This document shows, piece by piece, positions 49,429 through 61,862 of a stretch of 64,000 nt of DNA. The translations under genes and the position numbers were made by a program. The notes beneath the pieces are model-generated. The model was not told the origin of the DNA and did no database searches. It worked only from the letters and a program-made list of their open reading frames with translations. Each line of letters begins with the position of its first letter. Position 1 is the stretch's first letter. Origin of the DNA: Basidiobolus meristosporus CBS 931.73 (lineage: Eukaryota > Fungi > Basidiobolomycota); the NCBI GenBank assembly GCA_002104905.1, contig MCFE01000083.1, positions 62,001-126,000 on the forward strand, in the 5' to 3' direction.

Positions 49429-50989
49429 ACTGTTATGAATAGACACAAGGCAGGAGGAAAAGCTAGGCACGGCAGGAAAGGACTTAGGTGTGGACCATCA
49501 AGGCAAGGCAGGATTCAAGGCAAGGCTGTTTATTCAAGACCTGTGTTTATCAGACTGAGGAATACTTAAGGGGGGATAGGACTATATATACTTTTTGGCT
49601 GTACTGATGCAAAGAGATATTAGCTAATACTAATGGGGTTGTGGGGTGAGGCACAGCAATGGTGCTGGGGATAATGACATAGATGACATGGCACTGAGAC
49701 AGGATGGGGAAATGGATTGGGTCACCTGATCATGTGACTAAGTCATGTGACCTGGTATTTCCATATATGGTACTGGACTATGAAAAACACGATGGAAAGC
49801 TTCCATGGAATGTTCCATTGTGTAACAATGGTTTGGAATGGTCAGGAACTTTCTGGAAGGTGGTAGAAGGTTCCAGAAGGAATCTCTTAGAAATTGAGCT
49901 AGGAAGCCAAAACTTGGCATGGGTGTTCATGTTTGTCATGTGATCATGACAGACTCTGGGGAGAACTCTTGGGCAAAGAGTGGGTACTACATTTAGTACT
50001 TGCATATAATACCACTGCAAAGAAGCTGACCAAGTGCATGGATATGCTGTTTGGTGAAAATATAATATGCTTACAAAAAATGACATCTGATGATGACAAA
50101 AATCTGATCTCAAGTCCACTAATAGTCAGGATTGAATCAGAGCAAAACAGTTAGCATTGTCTCACTCCAAAGAGCTCCGCAACCACAGTTCAGCCCAAAT
50201 CAGGGCCCTGGAATATCCAAGAAGTGATTGTTCCAGAATCACAAATGTGGAGATCCAACTAAACCAGAAGTTGCCCATATTACTGTATCAACAAGGATAC
50301 ATACTTAGACTATACCTACACAGTCCATATTAATGAGCCCAAGACTCTGAAAGAGGCCCTGAGTACCCCTCTTATAGAGTCTTGCAGATCTGCAATGATT
50401 GAGGAGTATTAGCCCTTGATGAATAATCAGACATGGGACTTAGACAAAGCACTAGTCAACCAAAAATCAATTGGATGCAGATGGGTCTTCAAGACAAAAT
50501 GCAAGGCTGATAGTAAAATTGAAAGATGCAAAGCAGCACTTATGGACAAAAGATACTGTCAAACAAAAGGACTTGACTATACTGAGACCTTTGCACCAGT
50601 AGCCAGGCTTAATTCCATCAGACTAATATTAGCTATTGCAGCCATATATGAGTTTCTTATACATCAAATGGATGTAAAAACTGCATTTTGAATGGAGAAC
50701 CTGATGAGGGCATGTATATAGACCAGCCTGATGGGCTTGTTAACCAAGATAACCCACATTGCTGCAAGCGTAAAGTATTATGTGGACTAAAACAGTCACT
50801 AAGAGCCTGGAATTGCAAGAAGAATTCTTGGGAATTGTTTTGTTTCAAAGGGGTACTGCTAATTACAGTACATGCTATAAGCCATACAGAGCAAATCCAG
50901 TTTAAATAGCTCAATATGTGGATAATCTAACTATAGCTGCCAATCACCTTGAAACACTGAAAGCAACTAAATCCAGCCTGCCAAAGGAG

Positions 50990-52357
50990 TGTTTTATCCA
51001 ATAGGAAAGTGGAATAAAACTCCTGAATGGTTTAGCTGAACCCAAGTGACAACCAAGTGCAGAATCTTAGAATTGTCAGAGAGTGACAGAAATATTAGCA
51101 GAGAGGTTCTGGTCTAATGTTGGTCTTGTAAATAGCTGGGTTTGGCTACAAAGGCAACAGAGTTGGTTTGTTACACAGGCTAGGCTGGTGTTCCTAGGTG
51201 TGCTAGAAATGCTGGGCTTGGGTAGAAACTAGAAAGTAATTGTTGAGTTCTTAATTTTGCTGAGATACACACTAAGCCAAGAGGTTTGGTAAACTTCTTA
51301 TACTCTTTTGATCAAGTTGAATTAGTAATCACCAAGAGACTGAACTATTTGAAATCAGCTTGGATGTTGATAGGCACATCAGATAAATGAAAATTGGAGA
51401 TGTAGATTTGGATAATCCAAGGGCATGACTTCTTGGTGGCCAATGTAGAGCAAGGATTGGTGTATTTTCAATGCTGTAAATTACTATGGCAACATTCTCC
51501 AGAGCTTCTTTGATAATCCCAATCTCTTCTTGGTAACCAGAAATAACTTCAAGAAGTTCATCTCTACAATAACTGTCAGATCTTGTCTTGCCAAGCTTTG
51601 AGTGCTCAAGCATCAAGGTGTTTCTTTCCTGCATAATATTTTCAAGCTGTTCAGTTAGTTCTTGCTGATTTCTCTGGGCTTCTTTGAACATAGAAAGACT
51701 TGGATTGCTTGCTGCTGAGGACATCTTGCAAAGTGCTTGAAGGTGATGAATTTCCATGAAAAAAATGCTATAACTAAGAGGAAAGTACAATAAAACTCCT
51801 GAATGTCGTAGCTGAACCTAAGTGACAGCTAAGTGCAGAATCTTAGAATTGCCAGAGAGTGACAGAAATATTAGTACAGAGGTTCTGGTCTAATATTGGT
51901 CTTGTAAATAGCAGGGTTTGGCTCAAAGGCAACAGATTTGGTTTGCTATACAGGCTAGGCTTTGTGTTCTTAGTAGTACTACATCTGCTAGGCTTAGGTA
52001 GAAACTAGAATGTAATTGTTGATTTCTTAATTTTGCTGAGATACAATCTCAACTTTGTTGCAACACACACTAAACCAAAATGGTCAGCAAACTTTATTTA
52101 TACTTTTTTGATCAAGTTGAATTAGTAAGCATCAAGAGACCGGACTATTTGAAATTGATATGAATGTAGATAGGCACATAAGATAAATGAGAATTGCATC
52201 ATCAATCAGCTGATGTCTTGGTAATTGCTAAGTTTTGGGATAGATCTCAGATGACTAATCACTTGGGAAGGCTTGGCTGATCAGATATGGATGTAATGAC
52301 CACATGAAAATTGATCAGGTGTCACAGCTAAAAATAGATTCTGAGAAGTGATAAAAT
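50990..52357. repeat. Unclassified element W: ~400-bp direct repeats (51004-51397, 51780-52197) around a small coiled-coil ORF
   Basis: The direct repeat is clear. The ORF at 51724-51329 (-) begins MSSAASNPSLSMFKEAQRNQQELTEQLENIMQERNTL. The element begins with TG at the break in the host RT. Confidence 0.6.
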
Positions 52358-53735
52358 TGTTGTAAAAATTTGTACTTCCACCTAAATATTGACCTAACTT
52401 AGTCACTTAGATCATTACCCTCAAATCCTAGAAACATTGGGAGAGACTAAATCCAGCCTATCAAAGGAGCTCAAGATGTCCAATCTAGGAGAGCTTAATT
52501 ACTACTTAGGGATTAAGTTCTCCATAGACAGAAGTACCCAGACTATCACCCTAAGCCAATCCAAGTATACTCAAGATATACTAAAGAAGTACCACATGCA
52601 AGACTGTAAACCGGCAGCTACCCCAATGAAGACAAACCTTACCTTGGTCAAAACTCAACCATATCAAGAGAACTTGGTGCCATCTGAAAGCCCTGACTTC
52701 CCTTATCAATCTATGGTTGGCAGTCTGATGTATATCATGCTTGGAACACGTCCAGATATCTCATATTCAGTGAGAGTTGACAGCCAACATAATCAGAACT
52801 ATAGATATGATCATATTGCAGCAGTTAAGCAGATTCTTAGATAGCTAAAAGGAACTGCTGATATCTGCTTGACATACACTTATAAGGATGCAGAACAGGA
52901 TCTTGCGGGATACTATGATGCTGATTGGGGATGAAATTTGGACAACAGAAGATCCACCACAGGATACACCTTTCTTTACTGTAAAGGAGCAATTTCATGG
53001 AATTCAAGAAAGCAACCAACCGTAGCACTTTCTACCACAGAGGCAGAGTACATCGCAGCCTGTGAAGCTACAAAAGAAGCAATGTGGCCAAGAAAGCTTT
53101 TTACAGATTTAGGCATATGTCAAAAAACGCCTATTACTTTATTTCAAGATAATCAAGGATGTATACAACTAGGTAGAAATCCAACTTTTCATGCTAGAAC
53201 CAAGCACATAGATATTAGACATCATCTCATACGTGAAGCTATAGAGAATAACTTAGTTAGCTTAGTTTACTGTCCTACAGATGAAATGATTGCAAACATA
53301 TTTACCAAACCATTAGCTAGAGACAAGTTTGAATATCTTAGGTCAAAATTAGGACTAGTCAGTGTGAACATTTAGCTGAGTGGGAGTGTTGTAAAAACTT
53401 GTAATTCCACCTAAATATTCACCTAACTTAGTCACTTAGATCAGTACCCTCAAATCCTAGAGAATACTGACCAAATTCCTTGTTGGGATTTACTTGGAAT
53501 ATTTTCACCACAATATTAGATACCCAGAATATGAGAATTCTCAAAGTTGTTCAAACAGCTCCAGATTTTGCACACATGATCTTGGGACCTTCCTCAACCT
53601 ACTCTCTGTGTTTGTTATGCCAAGACTATGTAAAAGTACAATTACTACTTTTACATTCAATAAATCATTAGGTGAAAACCACATAATCTACTTGCTCTCC
53701 CTATCACTTCCAATATCTCCAAGACTCTTACAACT
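52358..53735 (+). mobile_element. Internally deleted copia family A copy (LTR fragment fused to RT-RH, 3' LTR 53387-53735)
   Basis: The LTR start joins RT at the 6-bp microhomology CCTAGA (52427-32). ORFs 52437-52844 and 52938-53375 are RT/RH, followed by PPT TGAGTGGGAG. Confidence 0.9.
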
Positions 53736-53809
53736 AAAATAAGCCATTATTGGGATTTGTTATGCTTGGGCCAGGGAAAATTGGTTAGGGTACTAGTTTT
53801 TCTAAGAGA

Positions 53810-55115
53810 GTAAAATTGACCAAGTTTTAAATGTTGATGCACAACAAGGAATTTGAGATGCCCAATCTGGGAGAACTCAGCTACTACTTGGGGATAAATT
53901 TCTCCATTCACAGATATACGCATACTAGCACCCTAGGTCTATCCAAGTATATTCAAGAAAAACTTAAAATATTTTAAATTGAAGACTGTAAACCTGCAGC
54001 TACCTCAATGGAGACAAGCCTTAACTTGGTCAAAACTCAACCAAATCAAGAGAACTTGGTGCCATCTGGAAGACCTGACGGTCCTTATCCATCTATGACT
54101 GGCGGTTTGATGCATATTATGCTTGGAACATGTCCAGATATCACATATCCAGTGGGAGTTGTCAGCCAGCACAATCAGTACTATGGGTCTTATCAAATTG
54201 CAGGAGTTCATCAGATTTTGATATACCTTGAAGAATTTGCTGCTATCTGCTTAAGGTATGCCAATGCAGACTAGAGCAGTATCTTGTTGGATACTTTGAT
54301 GCCAATTGAGGACAAAATTTAGAAGACAAAGGATATACCACAGGATACCCCTTTCTTTATGGCAAAGGAGTAATTTCATGGAACTCAAGAAAGAGACCAA
54401 CTGTAGCACCTTCTATCACAGAGGCAGAGTATATGGCAGCCTGTGAAGCTAAAAAACAAGCAATGTGGTTATGAAAGCTTTTTGAAGATTTTGGCTTATG
54501 TCCAATAATGCCTATTACTTTATTTCAAGATAATTAAGGATGTATACAAGCAGGTAAAAATCCAACTTTTCATGCTAGAACTGAGCACATATATATTAGA
54601 CAGCATTTTATGCATAAAGCTATAGACAATGGCTTAGTCAGTATAGATTATTGTCCTACAGATGAAATGATTGCAGTCATATTTACCAAACCACTTACTA
54701 GAGACAAATTTCAGTATCTTAGGTCCAGATCAGGACTAGTCAGTTTGAGCATTTGGTTGAGTAGGAGTGTTGTAAAGATATGTAGTTCCACCTAAATATT
54801 CACCCAATCTAGTCACTTGATCATTAGCAACAAGTTTTAGAGAATGCTGGCTAAATTCCTTGTTAGGATTTACTCAGAATATTCTCACCAAAATACCAGG
54901 TATGCAGAAAATGAAAATTCCCAAAGTTATCCTAAAAGCCTTAAGCTTTGCACACATGTTCTTGGGACCTTCCTAAACCTGTTTCATACCTCTGTTATGC
55001 CAAGGCCATGTAAAGTACAAAAATACTACTTTAACATTCCATAAGTCATCTGGTGAAAACCACATAATCTACTTCTTGTACCAATTGCTTCCAATATTTC
55101 AAAACTCTCACAACA
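53810..55115 (+). mobile_element. 5'-truncated copia family A copy (RT/RH relic plus 3' LTR 54768-55115)
   Basis: Homologous to RT/RH and LTR of the other A copies. Confidence 0.85.
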
Positions 55116-55853
55116 AGTACAAGACAGTCTCAATACCATTCAAAATGGAGTTTATACTAAAATGAACCAGAGTGCACCTATCAGAAGGACTAGTGTCCAG
55201 CAGGTAGTATGAATATATTACAAAAAGGATTTTGCGGAAATTCAAGACTTATGTATGGCAAAAGTGGAGGCAATTAAGCATATAATTGCAAGATTTAAAT
55301 GTCAACAGCAATGCAAGATGTATGGCAGCTTTGCTAATATCACACTCAAATGCTGTAAAGTTGAGGTTATAGGAGTGTGTCAATTGTAGCAGGTGAAACA
55401 CCATAAAAGCCACTGATTAGGCCTGCTCAAATTGGTTTGGCCCATACAATGACCACCTTTATGCTATGCAAACCTTGCACAAAGACTCTCAAAACAGCAT
55501 CCAGTCTACTGATATACTTGGCATTAAAGACAGCAAAACACCATCACAATCCTGGCATAAAATCAAAAAAGTGTCAAGAGTTCCTAGCTACTTGCATTGC
55601 AATGGCCTTATCATGTGATCCCAATGGCTGATTTGGACTGGATCCACCTGTGGGACCAAGTTATTCTTCATAGGTTAAAGAATGTGCAATGTTCCTTTAT
55701 TTTAATATTAGCAAGTAGCTCAATCCAGGTCTATGGCACAGAGCTGCTTGAGCTACTGCTTTGCCACAGAGATACCATATTTTCCTCCTAGGATACTGAT
55801 TGCTCTGTTAGCATGATCTGCTTGACCTGGTTCTATACTATGCAAGTTGGATC

Positions 55854-58800
55854 TGTTGTAAAGTTTGTAATTCCACCTAAATACTCACCCAGCTTAGTCA
55901 CTTAGTCTAATACCCACAAATCTTAGAGAATACTATCCAAATTCCTTTCTGGGACTTACACAGAAAATTTCCGCCAAGCTATCAGGTACCCAAATCATGA
56001 AAATCTCATAGTTATCCAAACAGCCCAAGACTTTGCGCACGTGCTTTTGAGACCTCTCAAAATCTATTCTATGTGGCTATTATGCCATGACCATGTAAGT
56101 GTATAAATACTACATTCCCAATCAACAGACCACTAAGTAAAAAGCATATGGTCTGCTTACTCTTCTAATCACTTCCAATATCTCCAAGACCCTTTCAACA
56201 GGTTATGGGCCCCAAGCTGTCACCCTCTGCATTGTCTCCTACTGCCATGACTGGAGTTTTTCCCTCAGCTGAAAAGTTGGATAAATCTACCTACCGTGTG
56301 TGGATGGTAAAGTTGAAGATGCTGCTATAAGAAAGTGGCCTTTTGGACATTATCATTGGAGAAGAATGCCCTCCTAAAAGTATAGGAGAGGAAGCCCCAA
56401 AATAACAGAAGAAAGAATCAAAGCCTTCAAGTGCATTGGCCTCAATGTTGCAGATAAGTTGGTAATTCATTGCTCAAGAGCAAAAATGACAGAAAATGCC
56501 TGGTAGTCATTAGAAGACACATATCAGTCATGAGCAGCTGCAGTAATGCTATATCTTAGACAAAAATTCTTTACTACAAAGATGCTGCCAGCGGCAGAAT
56601 TGAAAAATCTAATCAACAAAATCACTCTGTTGGTTGATGAGATAGAGTCTCTGGAGGCACCAACTACTAATGACAATGTGATAGTAGCTATCCTGTCTAG
56701 CCTGACAGATAGGTTTCAGGGCCTTGTATTAGCCCTAAAGTCCAGAATTGAAGATTTGACCATGTATCACTTTATGAAAGGCTCCTGGATGAAGAATCAA
56801 GTAAATTAATTGCCAATAAGAAGGAAGCAAAAAATGCTCTAATAAGCAATGATAACCAACAAAGGAGGTACTCAAAACCCCTTAAATGCAACAGCAATCT
56901 GTTTTGCAACTACTGCAAATGGAAAGGATGCACATTAGACCAGTACCTCAAAAGGAGTATTAATCAACTAAAGAAGCATGAATATGGAAATGCTGCCACA
57001 GCTGAAGATAGATTATTCATATCTGCACTAAATACGACCACAAATAGGGCTTCTCAGAAGTTGCATACTGACTATGGAGTATATCAACACTTCACACACC
57101 AAAATGAGCTTTTTACTCAATATCAAAAATTTCAATTGAAAATGTTTCCATGGGTCACAGCAGAATACTTGATGTTGTTGGGGAAGAAACTATGCAAGTT
57201 AACCTTAGTAGCAGTGAAGGAAGCCACACATGTACCTTCAAAGAAGTACTCTATGTACCAGAAATAGCCAAGAACCTACTATCAGTAAGCAAGGCCACAG
57301 TAGAAGGACTCAGTTTCAGTTTAACAATTCTGGATGCAGGATCACTGATCAATAGATCAGCTTTTTGGAGCACTGTGAAGCCTGCATACATGGGAAACAA
57401 GCCAGACAACCATTCACAAGCTCTGGGTTAATCAAAATTAAGAAAAAATAGATCTAATTTACCTAGATATTTGTCAACATGTGCAACATATATCCTTAGG
57501 CAGGATGAAGTATTTAACTACTTTTATTGATGCTTATACAAGATACTCATAGATCTACTTCAGGGAGAGAAAGGAGCAAGCTCTGTCTAAGCCCAGGGAG
57601 TCTAAAGCCATGGTGGAGGGAGAAACTGGTGAAAAAATCATGAAAATATACCCTGATACTGGTGGAAAATATACCTCAAAACCTTTCATCCACTTCCGCA
57701 AGATTGACGGGGTAAAGCAAGGGAGTACTGTACCATACTCCCCACAGCAAAATCAGGTGGCAGAAGTGCAAACAGATCATTAATTGATATGGCAAGTTCT
57801 ATGATACATGATCAAAACTATCCTATGACATTTGGGTGGAATTAGCTGCTACAGCTCTACTTCTCAGGAACAGGAGTTGTAGCAGAGCACTCTATGATTC
57901 TACTCCATTTGAGGCATGGTATAGGTACATACCAAGTGCAGAGCATCTAAGAGTGCCTGGGTGCACTGCATATGTCAAGAAACTGACCAGATTTTAGTTA
58001 AAACTAGAGCCAAAAGGTGCAAAATGTGTATTTTTGGGCTACTGTAATGCAAGTAAGGTCTACAGACTCCACAATACCAAAGCAAAGAAGCCAATCAAGT
58101 CTAGAGATCTGTTGTTTGAGGAAAACTCAAAATTTTCACAAAAAATGTCATCAGATGGTGACAAAAATCTGATCATAAGTTCACCCATAATCAGGATTGA
58201 ATCAGAGCAGAGCAGTGGGAATTCAGTCACTTCAGAGTACTCTACAACTATGGTGCAGCCAGAGTTGGTGGCCAGGAATATCCCAAAAGTGATCACTCCA
58301 GTATTACAAATCATGTGATCCAACTGGTCCAGAAATAGCCCCAATTTCTATATCAATTGAGGTTAAAACTTAACCTATGCCTATTCAGTCCATATTGATG
58401 GACCTCAGGTGGTATAAGAAGCCCTGAATAGCCCTCAGACAAAGTTTTGGAGATTGGCAATGACTGAGGAGTATCAGGCCCTGATGGAAAAGCAAGTTAC
58501 CAATCAACTAAAAACCAATTGGATGCACATGGATCTTGAAGTAATAATACAAGGCTGAAAGTACAATTGAAAGAGACAAAGCAAGACCTGTGGCCAAAGG
58601 ATTCTCACAAGCAAGACAACTTCACTATATTGAGGTCTTAACTTTTATAAGTTTATCATTCATCAAATGGATGTAAAAGCTGCATTTCTGAATGGGGAAC
58701 CTGATGAGGATGTGTACAATGACTAGACTAATGAGTTTGTTGATCAGGATAGCCCCCATTTGGTCTGCAAGCTTAAAACATCTCTATATGGTCTAAAACA

Positions 58801-60247
58801 AATACCAAGAGCCTCAAATTGCAAGATAGATTCTTATTTGGAATCTTTATGTCTCCAAAGGAGTACTGCCAATTATAGTATCTATTATAAGCCAGATAGA
58901 GCAAATCCATATCTATTAGCACTTTATATGGAAGATCTTGCTATGGCTGTCAATAACTTAGAAATATTGGCAGAGCCTAAATCCAGCCTCACTAAGAAGG
59001 TCAAGATGTCCAATCTGGGAGAACTCAGCTACTACTTAGGGATATAGTTCTTCACAGACAGAAGTACCCAGTTTATTATCCTAAGTCAGCCCAAGTATAT
59101 TCAAGGTATACTTCAGAAGTAATAAATGGAAGACTGTAAACCTGTAACTACACCAATGGAGACAAACACTACCTGGTCAAAACTCAACCAAATCAAGAGA
59201 GCTTGGTGCCATCTGAAAGCACAGACTTTCTTTATCAATCTGTGATTGTCAGTCTAATGTATATCATGCTTGGAACATGTTCAGATATCTCATACACAGT
59301 GGGAGTTGTCAGCCAGCGTAATTAGAATTATGGAACTGATCACATTGTAGCTGTTGAGTAGATTTTTAGATACCAAAAAGGAACTTGTGGTACACCTGTA
59401 GGATTTAGAACAAGATCTTGTGGGATACTCTGATGCTGATTGGGGACAAAATTTTGAAGACAGAAGCTCCACCACAGCATAAACCTTTCTTAACTCTAAA
59501 GGAGCAGTTTCCTGGAATTCAAGAAAGCAGCCAACTGTAGCACTTTCTACCACTGAGGCAATGTATATGGCAGCCTGTGAAGCTACAAAAAATGCCACAT
59601 GGTCATGAAAGCTTTTTAAAGATTTGGGCATATGTCAAAAAATGCCTATTAATTTATTTCAAGATAATCAAGGATGTTTACTATAAGGTAGAAATCCAAT
59701 TTTTCATGCAGAACCAAGCACATAGATATTAGACATCAATTCATGCATACAGCTATAGAGAATAACATCTTTGACTTATTTTACTGTTCCACAGATGAAG
59801 TGATTGCATATGTATTTTCTAAACCATTAGCTAGAGACAAATCTGAATATCTTAGGTTATAATTAGGACTAGTCAGTGTGAACATTTAGTTGAGTGGGAG
59901 TGTTGTAAAAGTTGTAATTCCACCTAAATATCCACCTAACTCAGTCACTTAAATCATTACCCTCAAATCCTATAGAATAATGACCAAATTTCTTGTTGGG
60001 ATTTACTTGGAATATTTTCACCAAAATACCAGGTACCCAGAACATGAAAATTCTTAAAGTTATCCAAACAGCCCAAAACTTTGCATACATGTTCTTGGGG
60101 CCTTCCTAAGCCTATTCTATGTGTTTTTATGCCAAGACCATGTAGTAGTATAAATACTACTTTCACATTCAATAAATCATTAAGTGAAGACCACATAATC
60201 TACATATTCTTCTAATCACTTCCAATATCTCCAAGGCTCTTACAACA
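55854..60247 (+). mobile_element. Full-length, heavily decayed copia family A copy A7
   Basis: LTRs 55854-56200 and 59901-60247, perfect TSD GGATC (55849-53 / 60248-52), PBS GGTTATGGGCCC at 56201-12 and colinear gag-pol relics. Confidence 0.93.
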
Positions 60248-60928
60248 GGATCCACCCATGGGACCAATTGTTTTTCACTGAGGATATGATAGTCTCAGAG
60301 TTGACCAAAGGCCCCCAGGCTTTGCACACATGTTGTTCAGATCTTCCCAAACATGCACCATGTAAAAGTATAAATAGCACTTCCACATCTAATCTGGCTA
60401 TCAAACTGCATCCACAATTGAACACAACTTCCTGGAACCTTAGTTGAAATACTCCTGTCATCAGCATTGCAAAAAGTGACAATCCTTTGTTTCATCCTGG
60501 CTAGCCAACAGGTGAGCAACATGGGCGCGTTGTGGTTCCTCAGTTCCCGTCCAAACATCACACCAGGCGACCCATACGTATCCCATAAGTGCGCCTGGTG
60601 GCTAGGTGGCAGTAGAAACTGTCCAGGGTGCCAAAGCAACCATGCAACTGCCATGACTACCAACACGTGGAAGTCATCGGGAGGCAATTGGAGCTTCAAT
60701 TCAGGCAGTAGAACTCCCACCTGAACCTCGGAATCCCATAAATCGGGCGGTTGTGAGACGAAGGTGGTAGGGGTGGCCCACATTTATTGATGGCCAATCC
60801 ATCTGGAGGACCATGACCATTTGTGAGGTTAGGAGGAACCAGACGGTCAGCAACGGTTCGTAGCCAAGTGTCTGCTCTCCATGGGAAGGAAAGTAGCAGC
60901 AACCCAGGATAGGTTGAGGGATTTACAC

Positions 60929-61642
<714 letters not shown>

Positions 61643-61862
61643 CTACAATTTAATGGAGTAAACAAACGATCTGGTGGGTGATCCGGATCAATTTGTTGTT
61701 TAAACAAAAGGCTGCGTTTCGAGTGGGATGATGAGGATATGCTCTGGATATACTAAAAAAATCTATGTACAAAGTGATCGGGTGCGGTCAAGAAGGGAAA
61801 GAGGAAGTGGGAGCAGGAGCGTGAGCGTGAGTGGTAGTTAGGATGCATACGAAATTAACAGT

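Larger units (their letters stand above)
44052..49951 (-). mobile_element. Full-length young Ty3/gypsy chromovirus (Tf1/sushi-like), 5900 bp
   Basis: 521-bp LTRs (44052-44572, 49431-49951) with 8 differences, TSD GACTC (44047-51 / 49952-56) and PPT GGAAGAGGAGAATAG (44573-87). Domain order is gag-PR-RT-RH-INT-chromodomain. Confidence 0.98.
43727..50004. repeat. Solo LTR family H (~373 bp: 43727-44051 plus 49957-50004), split by the gypsy element
   Basis: TG..CA ends with TSD TATAA (43722-26 / 50005-09). Confidence 0.85.
36649..50989 (+). mobile_element. Old copia family A copy A3, the host of a nested stack (own sequence ~36649-38949, 43636-43726, 50005-50989)
   Basis: 5' LTR ~36649-36993, PBS relic GGTTATGGATCCC at 36994, and gag/PR/INT relics. 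The integrase frame reads across A2 (AYTK|KPPRNQ) and across solo LTR H (RLYN|TTAKKL). Confidence 0.8.

Noticed and set aside
1-60400. Classical ascomycete RIP (CpA>TpA)
   Set aside because: The copy-to-copy differences I checked are concentrated at CpG, and CA/TG dinucleotides are abundant rather than depleted.
60337-60902. ORFs downstream of DHFR as a fused thymidylate synthase or a separate gene
   Set aside because: No thymidylate synthase or other recognisable motif occurs in any frame, and the 148-aa ORF runs into an old LTR fragment (~60290-60410).
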